Of a DNA stretch of 64,000 nucleotides, positions 11,116 through 20,134 are shown piece after piece. The stretch's first letter is position 1. Each line of letters opens with the position of its first letter. Position numbers and translations under genes: made by a program. Under the pieces are notes generated by a model. That model saw only the letters and a list, made by a program, of their open reading frames with translations. It was not told the DNA's origin and made no database searches. The stretch comes from an uncultured Planctomycetia bacterium (lineage in GTDB: Bacteria; Planctomycetota; UBA8108; UBA1146), in assembly GCA_964605665.1 (NCBI GenBank), contig CAZSDP010000013.1:49331-113330 (forward strand), written 5' to 3'.

Positions 11116-12166
11116 CCGTGGGGATCTCCTCCACCAAACGACTAATCACATGATCGGATGTCACACCCTCTGCCTCGGCCGCAAAGTTTGTCAGGATCCG
11201 ATGTCGTAGTACCGGATGTGCGACCTTCTTGATGTCGTCATAGGTCACATGGGAACGACCGGCCAGGATGGCGTTGGCTTTGCCACCCAAGACGAGGTAC
11301 TGCCCCGCACGAGGGCCTGCTCCCCAATCGATGTGCTGACGAACATGCTCAGGCGCTTCACCAGTGCTCACTCGCGTCGCTCTCGTCAGGCGCAGTGCGT
11401 ATCGGATCACCTCATCCGCTGCTGGCACACTGCGAACCAACTTCTGTAGATCGAGGATCTCTTCGCGTCCCACGACCGGTTTCACATCGATCGATTCACC
11501 ACCTGTTGTTCGTTGCATGATCGCCAACTCTTCGTCCTGAGTTGGATAGTCAACTCGAACGTTGAACATGAATCGGTCGAGCTGCGCTTCAGGTAGTGGA
11601 TAGGTACCTTCTTGCTCGATGGGGTTTTGTGTCGCGAGCACGAAGAATGGTTGCTCCAGGCGATGGCGGGTTCCACCGACGGTTACCTGCTTTTCCTGCA
11701 TCGCTTCGAGAAGCGCTGCTTGCGTCTTCGGTGGGGTACGGTTGATTTCATCCGCAAGGATCACATTGGCGAAGACCGGGCCGCTGAGAAATCTGAAATT
11801 ACGCTCCCCTGTCTCTGGATCGTCCTGAATCACTTCGGTTCCGGTGATGTCGGAAGGCATCAAGTCGGGAGTAAACTGAATTCGGTTGAAGCTCAGAGAG
11901 AGCGTCTCTGCGAGAGTGCTAATCATCAGGGTCTTCGCAAGTCCCGGAACCCCGACCAATAGGCAGTGTCCTCCTGCGAAGAGCGACAACAAGAGCTGAT
12001 CGATGACGTCGTCTTGACCAACGATCACTCGAGCGAGCTCTGTTCGAACTTCATTCGAAGCAGTTTGGATCCTCTCAAAGCGCGCCTCATCGCCTCCACC
12101 TGCGGGGCTCCCGTCTGCTGGGCTACCTGCATCAGGGGTTGGGTTGAAATCCTCTTCGGCGTGCAT
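11105..12166 (-). CDS. moxR: MoxR family AAA+ ATPase
   Basis: Walker [24 protein letters not shown], Walker [44 protein letters not shown]. Confidence 0.95.
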   Translation of the reverse strand: MHAEEDFNPTPDAGSPADGSPAGGGDEARFERIQTASNEVRTELARVIVGQDDVIDQLLLSLFAGGHCLLVGVPGLAKTLMISTLAETLSLSFNRIQFTPDLMPSDITGTEVIQDDPETGERNFRFLSGPVFANVILADEINRTPPKTQAALLEAMQEKQVTVGGTRHRLEQPFFVLATQNPIEQEGTYPLPEAQLDRFMFNVRVDYPTQDEELAIMQRTTGGESIDVKPVVGREEILDLQKLVRSVPAADEVIRYALRLTRATRVSTGEAPEHVRQHIDWGAGPRAGQYLVLGGKANAILAGRSHVTYDDIKKVAHPVLRHRILTNFAAEAEGVTSDHVISRLVEEIPTDGR

Positions 12167-13014
12167 CGAGCTTCCTCTCCGGTGACCTAAGGGTGTGGGG
12201 CGTGCAGGCTGACGTCAGCCGTATCGCATCACCACCCGAGATCGGGATTGCGGGTTCCCCTGGGGAACGAGACCCGTGCAAATTGATGGCCATGACCCGC
12301 CGTTGCCTCAGCGGGTATCGTACATCCGGAGGTACTCAGGAGACTCCTGCTCCCACATTTCCCCGGAATCTCACATTTCGGCGCCCGATCCTGCGGGGTT
12401 CCCCTCCCCCGGATCGAGTCGATGAATCGCCCCATTTCAGTCTTCGCGGACGATCCGCGAAAAGACTTGGCGCATCCTCCGATATCGGTCGATCGACCCA
12501 GTTCTCCGGAGGGTTCGAGGAGAATATCGGGCCATGAGTTCCCCCGCCACCAACTGCGAGGAGAGAAGTGCCAGATCCTTCCCCAAGGCGAAAATCGCCA
12601 GAGGAATCTCACGATCCCAGAAATTCGGCATCCGGGATGAATCGGGAGTCAATTCGCACCCACCGCTTCGCTAGATTCGGCTATTACACCTTGAATCGGC
12701 CGATTCTCACCCAATCTGGGTTTTTCTGCTTCGAGGATCTCGTCGGAAGATGGCGCTCCGAGCCCTCTCCGACCACCACCGAGCCCCCCGATCCCGATTT
12801 CGAGACGTTGACTTCGCTCCTGGGGTGCATATTCTCTTCCCACCCCGTCGATTTCTTGGGCGGGGGCACTGTATTTTGAAGCCCCGAAAACGGTAGGTCG
12901 GAGCGGGAACCCCGCCGAACGGGAGGAGTTGCGACTTCCCTCGTCCGCTTTCCCATTCCCACAAATCGCGGGGAACGGCCATCGAGAAGGTGGCCAAATC
13001 GATCGTGGCCCTGA

Positions 13015-14532
13015 ATGGAAGGCACTCCGATGGATGGCGTCAATGCACGCGAGCTCTTCGCAGCCCAAAGGAGCCTGACCTACGACGACTTAATCTTGCT
13101 TCCCGGCTATATCGACTTCGGAATCGGAGAAGTCGAACTGAGTTCGAAACTGACGCGGGAAGTCTCGCTGGCAAGCCCCCTCTGCAGTTCACCGATGGAT
13201 ACCGTGACCGAGTCTGACATGGCGGTCAATCTAGCCCTTTGCGGGGGGATTGGTTTCATCCACTACAACAACACCATCGAAGAACAGTCTGAACTGGTGC
13301 GCCGAGTGAAACGATTCGAGAACGGGTTCATCACAGACCCCCTCGTCCTCGGTCCAGACCATAAGATTCGTGACATCGATGAGGTCCACCAACGTCATGG
13401 CTTTTCGGGGATCCCGATCACCGACTCCGGAGATCTTGGAGGCAAGTTGATCGGTATCGTGACCAACCGCGACATCGATTTCGAAAAGGATCGCGACATC
13501 GCTCTTCGAGAGGTGATGACCACGGACTTAGTGACTGCCGAGCAAGGACTCAGCCTCCGTGAGGCGAACAAGATCATCCGAGAATCGAAGAAGGGCAAAC
13601 TCCCCATCGTAGACCGGGCAGGGAGATTGGTTGCTCTTGTCTCAAGAACCGACTTGAAAAAGAACCGAGACTTCCCTGAGTCTTCAAAGGATGGAGAGAA
13701 CCGACTTCTCGCAGGAGCGGCGCTCTCGACTCGGTTGGAAGATCGGGATCGACTCGATGCGTTGGTGACCGCCGGCGTGGATGTGGTCGTGGTCGATTCA
13801 GCCCAAGGGAACTCCTCCTTCCAAGTCGAGATGCTCCAACATGCCAAGCGGGAATATCCCGACCTGCAGCTGATCGCCGGCAATGTGGTCACCAAGAGTC
13901 AATGTGCAAACTTGATCGCCGCTGGAGCGGATGGAATTCGTGTCGGTATGGGCCCTGGCTCGATTTGCACGACGCAAGAGACGATGGCGGTCGGGCGGGG
14001 GCAAGCTGCAGCAGTCTACAGCTGCGCCCTACACTGCCGCGAACAAGGAGTTCCCGTGATCGCCGACGGTGGAATTCGGGACATCGGTCACATTGTTAAA
14101 GCTCTCGCGATGGGGGCCTCCAGCGTGATGATGGGCTTGATGTTCGCTGGCACCGCTGAGACTCCTGGCGAGTACTACTACCAAAATGGTGTTCGTTTGA
14201 AGCGGTACCGCGGCATGGCTTCGATCGAGGCGATGGAGTCGGGTGGCGGAAAGCGGTACTTCGCAGAAGGCGAGCGGATCAAGGTCGCTCAGGGTGTCTC
14301 TGGAATGGTGATGGACAAAGGCTCCGTGAGGAACCTGATCCCCTACTTGAAACAGGGGCTACGTCACGCGCTGCAAGACATTGGCGTCCGCTCGGTTCCG
14401 TCACTCCACAGTGCACTGGACTCCGGGGATCTCACCTTCGAATTGCGCACCATCTCCGCTCAGAGAGAGGGCGGAGTGCACGACATGTACTCCTACGAAA
14501 AGCCGGTACTGGGAACGCGAGAACGCGACTAG
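13015..14532 (+). CDS. guaB: IMP dehydrogenase, eukaryote-type, with CBS/Bateman domain
   Basis: SSPMDTVTE, catalytic [18 protein letters not shown]. Eukaryotic signatures [27 protein letters not shown] and [16 protein letters not shown]. Upstream of guaA. Confidence 0.95.
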   Translation: MEGTPMDGVNARELFAAQRSLTYDDLILLPGYIDFGIGEVELSSKLTREVSLASPLCSSPMDTVTESDMAVNLALCGGIGFIHYNNTIEEQSELVRRVKRFENGFITDPLVLGPDHKIRDIDEVHQRHGFSGIPITDSGDLGGKLIGIVTNRDIDFEKDRDIALREVMTTDLVTAEQGLSLREANKIIRESKKGKLPIVDRAGRLVALVSRTDLKKNRDFPESSKDGENRLLAGAALSTRLEDRDRLDALVTAGVDVVVVDSAQGNSSFQVEMLQHAKREYPDLQLIAGNVVTKSQCANLIAAGADGIRVGMGPGSICTTQETMAVGRGQAAAVYSCALHCREQGVPVIADGGIRDIGHIVKALAMGASSVMMGLMFAGTAETPGEYYYQNGVRLKRYRGMASIEAMESGGGKRYFAEGERIKVAQGVSGMVMDKGSVRNLIPYLKQGLRHALQDIGVRSVPSLHSALDSGDLTFELRTISAQREGGVHDMYSYEKPVLGTRERD

Positions 14533-14556
14533 TCCTCCCGGAGAGAAAGGCTCGAA

Positions 14557-16113
14557 GTGACCCACGTTCTCGACCACGAGTTTTGCGCAATCCTCGACTT
14601 TGGCTCGCAATACAGCCAGCTCATCGCCCGTCGGGTTCGAGAGAACCACGTCTATTGTGAGATTCTCCCCCACGACACGACCGCTGCGACTTTGGCGTCG
14701 AAAAACATCCGAGGAGTGATCCTCTCCGGAGGGCCATGTGGAGTCTATGAGGATCACGCCCCCACCCTCGACCCTGAACTCTTCGAGTTAGGAGTTCCGG
14801 TCCTCGGGATTTGCTACGGAATGCAGGTCGCATGCCAAACCCTTGGTGGTTCGGTGACGCCTGCGGCAGAGCGTGAATACGGAGACACTCAACTCGTGGT
14901 CGACGACCAGAGCGATCCGATTTTTGGTGGGTTACCGCAGCAGCTCCAGGTCTGGATGAGTCATGGAGATCACGTGGTGTCGATCGGCGATCGCTTTGAA
15001 GCGATTGCACACACCGAGAACTCGCCTTTGGCAGTCGTCAGAGATCGCAAGCGCCAGTTCTACGGTCTCCAGTTCCACCCCGAGGTGACTCACACGCAAG
15101 ACGACGGAAAGATCCTGAAGAACTACCTCTACGATCTTTGCAAGTTCTCCGGCGACTGGAAGGTGGGCGACTACGTCGAGCAAGCAGTCGCGGAGATTCA
15201 GAAGCAGGTGGGTGATCAGCGGGTGATCTGCGCGCTTTCAGGCGGAGTCGATTCGTCGGCCGTCGCCATGCTGATCCATCGCGCGATCGGAGATCGGTTG
15301 AGCTGCTTCTTCATCGACAACGGCGTACTCCGCGAAGGTGAAGCGAGCCAGGTCAGAGAGTTGTTCGCGGAACGCTTCGGCCTCGACTTTCGATTTGTCG
15401 ATGCGAGCGATCGCTTTCTAGAGGCGCTCTCAGCGGTAGAAGATCCTGAGAGAAAGCGGAAGATCATCGGTCATCAATTCATCGAGGAGTTTCGCGAAGC
15501 TGCGAAGCTATTCGAGGGAGTCAAGTTTCTCGCCCAAGGGACGCTCTATCCTGATGTTATCGAGAGCGTTTCCCCATTTCATGGCCCCAGCGCGACCATC
15601 AAAAGTCACCACAATGTCGGAGGGCTACCCGAGGATCTCGACTTCGAATTGGTGGAGCCGCTCCGTTTCTTGTTCAAGGATGAAGCTCGCCAGATCGGCA
15701 AGGAACTCGGTCTGCCAGACGAAGTCATCCAGCGACAACCATTCCCAGGTCCTGGGTTGGCAATCCGCATCGTCGGTGAAGTGACTCGAGAACGCTTAGA
15801 GGTCCTCAGAAAAGCGGATCGAATCGTTCAGGAAGAAATCCAAAATTACCCAGATCGACTCGATATCTGGCAGAGTTTCGCCGTCCTACTACCAGTTCGC
15901 TCTGTCGGAGTACAAGGCGATCAACGCACCTACGACAATGCTGTCGCTCTGCGAGTCGTCGAGTCGACCGACGGAATGACTGCAAATTGGGTCTACCTAC
16001 CGCAAGAAACTCTCGCGCGAATCTCAAACCGAATCTGTAATGAGGTGAAGGGCGTCAACCGCGTCGTCCTCGACATCTCGAGTAAGCCACCGTCGACCAT
16101 CGAATGGGAGTAG
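14557..16113 (+). CDS. guaA: GMP synthase (glutamine-hydrolysing)
   Basis: [70 protein letters not shown]. Confidence 0.97.
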   Translation: MTHVLDHEFCAILDFGSQYSQLIARRVRENHVYCEILPHDTTAATLASKNIRGVILSGGPCGVYEDHAPTLDPELFELGVPVLGICYGMQVACQTLGGSVTPAAEREYGDTQLVVDDQSDPIFGGLPQQLQVWMSHGDHVVSIGDRFEAIAHTENSPLAVVRDRKRQFYGLQFHPEVTHTQDDGKILKNYLYDLCKFSGDWKVGDYVEQAVAEIQKQVGDQRVICALSGGVDSSAVAMLIHRAIGDRLSCFFIDNGVLREGEASQVRELFAERFGLDFRFVDASDRFLEALSAVEDPERKRKIIGHQFIEEFREAAKLFEGVKFLAQGTLYPDVIESVSPFHGPSATIKSHHNVGGLPEDLDFELVEPLRFLFKDEARQIGKELGLPDEVIQRQPFPGPGLAIRIVGEVTRERLEVLRKADRIVQEEIQNYPDRLDIWQSFAVLLPVRSVGVQGDQRTYDNAVALRVVESTDGMTANWVYLPQETLARISNRICNEVKGVNRVVLDISSKPPSTIEWE

Positions 16114-16117
16114 ATCG

Positions 16118-16627
16118 ATGCCAAATTTCCACCAGGGAGAGCTCGATGGTTCCCCGCTATCGATTGCAGTCGTCGTCTCAAGATTCAATGAATCGATCAC
16201 CGAACGTCTCGTCGATAGCTGTGTGGACGAACTGATACGGCTTGGAGTCGAAGACGAGGAAATCGATGTCTTCTGGGTTCCGGGAGCCTTTGAGATTGCA
16301 CCTGTGGTCAGTCGCCTACTCGATGACAGTCGCTACGACGCAATCATCACTTTAGGATGTGTAGTACGCGGGGAGACCAGCCACTACGATCACATCGCGC
16401 AAACCACCGCGCATCAGCTCTCTGAGCTCGCCCAAAACGACGCAATACCGGTCATCTTCGGAGTGCTCACCACAGAAAACCAGGCCCAGGCACTCGCCCG
16501 ATCGGGTGGTGAAAAGTCGGACACTGGAGAGTACGTTGCACAAACCGCAGTGGAGATGGCAAACCTGTTTGCAGAGCTGCCGGAAACTGACGACGAGGAA
16601 GAGGATGAAGTAGAGATGGTGGACTAA
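16118..16627 (+). CDS. ribH: 6,7-dimethyl-8-ribityllumazine synthase
   Basis: IAVVVSRFN, VPGAFEI, LGCVVRGETSHYD, PVIFGVLT, AVEMANL; acidic C-terminal extension. Confidence 0.93.
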   Translation: MPNFHQGELDGSPLSIAVVVSRFNESITERLVDSCVDELIRLGVEDEEIDVFWVPGAFEIAPVVSRLLDDSRYDAIITLGCVVRGETSHYDHIAQTTAHQLSELAQNDAIPVIFGVLTTENQAQALARSGGEKSDTGEYVAQTAVEMANLFAELPETDDEEEDEVEMVD

Positions 16628-16695
16628 TCGAGGTTCGCCGCGTCCGATCGACTGAACGCTTCTTCCCCAAGCTCCAAATGCGAAACTGTGTACAG

Positions 16696-17121
16696 ATGTC
16701 CAAACGCCGACAAGCTCGCGAACTCGCACTGCAGTGTCTCCATCAGTGGGACCAACAAGGCCCAGATTCTGGACTCGACGCTGCAACCGAGATCATCGAG
16801 CGGCTCGGCAGTGATCCTGAAGTTCGTCTCTACTGCGGTCGCCTGCTCGATACATTCTGGGACCACTCGATCCCGATCGATGAGAAGATCACCGCATGCG
16901 CTGCAAACTGGCGCCTCGATCGAATGGCAGTCGTCGATAGAAATGTACTCCGACTTGCCGTCACCGAACTTCTCTTTTTTGAGGACATCCCACCGAAGGT
17001 GGTGATTGACGAGGCGATCGAAATCGTGAAGAAGTTCTCCACTGAGCGATCGGGCTCGTTCGTCAACGGCATCCTCGACCGGGTGCATTCAGAACGGAGT
17101 GACACGAATGGCCCTCGGTAA
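16696..17121 (+). CDS. nusB: Transcription antitermination factor NusB
   Basis: MSKRRQARELALQ, WRLDRMAVVDRNVLR, VVIDEAIEIVKKFS...FVNGILD; ribH-nusB synteny. Confidence 0.95.
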   Translation: MSKRRQARELALQCLHQWDQQGPDSGLDAATEIIERLGSDPEVRLYCGRLLDTFWDHSIPIDEKITACAANWRLDRMAVVDRNVLRLAVTELLFFEDIPPKVVIDEAIEIVKKFSTERSGSFVNGILDRVHSERSDTNGPR

Positions 17122-18136
17122 GCTTTTCGGGCGAGGTAAAAAGGACGAAGAAAAAACCTCCTCTATCAGTGAAGCGGTATCGACGGAGGGGCAAGACTCG
17201 CAAGACGATGGGAGCGAATCTACAGCAGCTCCTGAAAAGAAAGCTGGGGCGTTCGCGGCTCTGCGCCGCGGTCTATCGAAGACTCGTGAAAAGCTCTCAT
17301 CTGTTCTCACTTTTGGCCGCAAGCTCGACGATGATCTCCTCGAAGACATTGAAACAGCTCTCATCCAGGCAGACTTCGGTCCCGTGACCGCAACCGATCT
17401 CTGCGAGCAATTACGAGATGCCTATAAAGACCGAGAGTTCTCTCCTGAGGATGCGATCCCCTTCTTGAAAGAGCGTCTGACCGAACGGCTCGGGCAAGAC
17501 ACCTCGCTGAATTTCTCTTCAGAAGGAACGAGCGTATTCGTTGTTGCGGGCGTGAACGGCACCGGGAAGACCACCTCGATTGCGAAGATCGCCCATCAGT
17601 TTCGGCAAGAAGGACGAACCGTGGTCCTCGCTGCTGCGGATACTTTTCGAGCAGCCGCGGTGGAGCAATTGGGCATCTGGAGTGAGCGACTCGGGATCAA
17701 AATGGTTAGTGGGCGCGACGGTGGCGATCCCGCCTCAGTCGTCTATGACGCTGTCTCAGAAGCTCTCGAGATGAACGCTGATGTGTTGATCATCGACACC
17801 GCAGGTCGGCTCCACACTGAGAAGGGGCTGATGGAGCAGCTCGCAAAGATAGGACGGGTGATCGATAAGAAGTTACCCGGTGCACCGCACGAGGTTCTAC
17901 AAGTCTTGGACGCCACAACTGGACAAAATGCGGTTCAACAGGCGAGGGAATTCAACAAGACGATGCCGGTGACTGGTCTGATTCTCACGAAACTCGACGG
18001 AACTGCCCGCGGAGGCGTCATCTTCCCGATTCTCGATCAGGTCGGGCTACCGGTTAAATACATTGGAGTCGGGGAGGGAATCGAGGACTTGCAGTCATTC
18101 GATCCAACTCGATTTGTCGAAGCGCTCTTCGAGTAA
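17108..18136 (+). CDS. ftsY: Signal recognition particle receptor FtsY
   Basis: GVNGTGKTTSIAKIA, AADTFRAAAVEQL, IIDTAGRL, LTKLDGTARGG, GVGEGIEDL. Confidence 0.95.
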   Translation: MALGKLFGRGKKDEEKTSSISEAVSTEGQDSQDDGSESTAAPEKKAGAFAALRRGLSKTREKLSSVLTFGRKLDDDLLEDIETALIQADFGPVTATDLCEQLRDAYKDREFSPEDAIPFLKERLTERLGQDTSLNFSSEGTSVFVVAGVNGTGKTTSIAKIAHQFRQEGRTVVLAAADTFRAAAVEQLGIWSERLGIKMVSGRDGGDPASVVYDAVSEALEMNADVLIIDTAGRLHTEKGLMEQLAKIGRVIDKKLPGAPHEVLQVLDATTGQNAVQQAREFNKTMPVTGLILTKLDGTARGGVIFPILDQVGLPVKYIGVGEGIEDLQSFDPTRFVEALFE

Positions 18137-18211
18137 AGCTCAGCCAAAACAACCTTGGCGAGACTGCTCGAAATCCCTCCACTCAGCACGAACCCACCCA
18201 AGGCCGATCTA

Positions 18212-18853
18212 TCAGAAGCGAATTCCGATTCCGCCCAATATTGTCGTGTAGGTGAACTCCTCGAGATCGTCGATCGGTTGCGTCCAAACTCCCTCGACAA
18301 AAAAGCTCAGGTGCTCCCCAGTATGAGCAACCAGCCCTCCTCCGAACTTGAAGACAGTGTCGGTTCCGTCATCGGACAATCCGATTCCTGCGAGGTCCTC
18401 GACCTCTGCATCGAGAATCCCGACGCCGGTGAGACCGTAAAACTGCAGCGGAGCATCGTTGAGATACCCCTTGAGCTGAACGGTCAAAGTGCGGCCGGTA
18501 AAGCTCCCAATATCCACAGCAGGATCTGCGAGATCAAAATCTGACTCGCCGAGTTGCTCATAGGAGAGCTCGACTGCTGCTCTTCGTTCAAGAAACCGAT
18601 ACCCGACTCTGAGGCCGGCCGAGTAGGCCGAGTTCGAGTCCACTCCAGGTGGAAGATCGAATGACTCTGCAATGCCACCGGCGACAACTGCCGCATATGG
18701 GCCGTCATTGATGACGGTCGGGGTGTCGAGGATGTGACACCCGGTTGAACCGAGTAAGAGAAGACCGATCGTCAATATGGAGTAACACCAATGACTGCAT
18801 CGAATGAGAGTGGCGCCTCTGGCGTGATCGTCCCCCATGGACCCCATTCGCAT
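18212..18853 (-). CDS. Outer-membrane beta-barrel (OmpA-like/porin family) protein, possibly lipidated
   Basis: Alternating amphipathic strands (GLRVGYRF, AVELSY, FKFGGGL, FFVEGVW); C-terminal Phe (GGIGIRF); lipobox-like LLGSTGC. True start probably a few codons downstream. Confidence 0.7.
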   Translation of the reverse strand: MRMGSMGDDHARGATLIRCSHWCYSILTIGLLLLGSTGCHILDTPTVINDGPYAAVVAGGIAESFDLPPGVDSNSAYSAGLRVGYRFLERRAAVELSYEQLGESDFDLADPAVDIGSFTGRTLTVQLKGYLNDAPLQFYGLTGVGILDAEVEDLAGIGLSDDGTDTVFKFGGGLVAHTGEHLSFFVEGVWTQPIDDLEEFTYTTILGGIGIRF

Positions 18854-18950
18854 CGAACCTCTCCAAGATCGGTTTCTGTTTCGCGTCTACATCCCATGCT
18901 TACAGGTTGCCGACCGGGGATTCAACGGATCTATTGAGCTCCGGGCACGA

Positions 18951-19343
18951 TCAGAAGCCGAGCTTCTTGAGTAGCAAGCGGTGGATCGCCTCCGACTTTT
19001 CGGCGACCGCTTGTACTTTCTTGAGTTCACCGGTATCGAGCCAAGTGCCATGCTCTGGACATCGATCGATCAAGAGATGAACACTTTCATCGTAGGAGAA
19101 GCGTTTCATCGTTTGTTTGCACTTGGGGCACGGCGCAGGCTCACTGGAACCCTCATCCCAAGCGGTCGATGCCGCGAGAATCTGCTCTCGCTCTTCGTTG
19201 CTGAATTCCAGCTCTTGGCGCTCCAAGACCTCTTGCAGCTCTCCCTGATCGAGCCAAAATCCCCAACAGTTCTCACACATATCGACTTCGACACCCTCAT
19301 AGTCGGTCAACCGAAGCGGCATTTGACACCGTGGACAATCCAT
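18951..19343 (-). CDS. Tandem zf-TFIIB zinc-ribbon protein
   Basis: Two repeats: CPRC..DMCENCWGFWLDQGEL and CPKC..DRCPEHGTWLDTGEL. Confidence 0.85.
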   Translation of the reverse strand: MDCPRCQMPLRLTDYEGVEVDMCENCWGFWLDQGELQEVLERQELEFSNEEREQILAASTAWDEGSSEPAPCPKCKQTMKRFSYDESVHLLIDRCPEHGTWLDTGELKKVQAVAEKSEAIHRLLLKKLGF

Positions 19344-19549
19344 GAGAACTCCTCTCGAGAGCCTCGAGCCCTGCTCGATCGTCAACAGGGTAACCGAGTT
19401 GCCTCAAACGGGCGAGTTCATGCTTCCAGCGCTTTGAGGCACTCCCCGCTCAGAGACACTCTCCTCAATCCACCGAGTTCCCCTCAGATCCGCTCGTAAC
19501 TCCATTTCATGGACAGAGCGCACTCTTTCAGAGTGGCCAAGTCGCTCCG

Positions 19550-20047
19550 TCAAAGAACTCCAGCTGAATTCTCCCTGGGAAGAGAATCTTGCTCTTGTTG
19601 ATCAGATTCATCCTGATCGATCGCCGGGCAAGGATCGCTTTCACAGTCGTCTCCGGCAGAAATTGGAGCCTGCGGTGAATATAGGAATGACCCCAAACCG
19701 ACCTGAATCGGACCGACCCCGATCGCAGCTCCCGCTAACCCGACTTCGAGATAGAGCAACTTCCAGAGAGCAAACTCCGCCACTGCTCCTCGATTCGATC
19801 CGCCCAGGGCCTTGATACTGAGGAGCCGCTCCTCATCAGAAAAACCCAATGTGGCATATCCGTCGATCAACCCAGAAGCTTCAATCCCCAGTCCAGGCGC
19901 TTCTGAAGGACGGGCCCGGATGACGGTGCAACTACAGAGCATCAGTGTGACCAAAATCACCGAAGCAATTCTCAAATTAACCCTCGGCCACGTTCTACGG
20001 GCCGCGACGCTCTCTCCGGCGTGAATCCTGATCGACTCCTTCAGCAT
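19550..20047 (-). CDS. Hypothetical lipoprotein
   Basis: Hydrophobic stretch ending in lipobox LMLCSC, glycine-rich beta segment, acidic tail; fills the gap between real genes on the same strand. Confidence 0.5.
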   Translation of the reverse strand: MLKESIRIHAGESVAARRTWPRVNLRIASVILVTLMLCSCTVIRARPSEAPGLGIEASGLIDGYATLGFSDEERLLSIKALGGSNRGAVAEFALWKLLYLEVGLAGAAIGVGPIQVGLGSFLYSPQAPISAGDDCESDPCPAIDQDESDQQEQDSLPRENSAGVL

Positions 20048-20134
20048 CGAACGCTCCCCTCATGCAGAATTGAAAATCGGTAGCTAGAACTGCCGGACGT
20101 ACCAACCACCATTTCATTCTGAAAATTCTCCAAT

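Noticed and set aside
12193-13068. Several short overlapping ORFs (12193-12537+, 12229-12612-, 12649-13068-, 12684-13043-, 12568-12879+)
   Set aside because: They overlap mutually, are Arg/Ser/Pro-rich and low-information, and have no recognisable motif or clear RBS; treated as non-coding.
18616-18645. GTTCGAGTCC T-loop-like string
   Set aside because: Lies inside the beta-barrel CDS with no cloverleaf or acceptor stem; not a tRNA.
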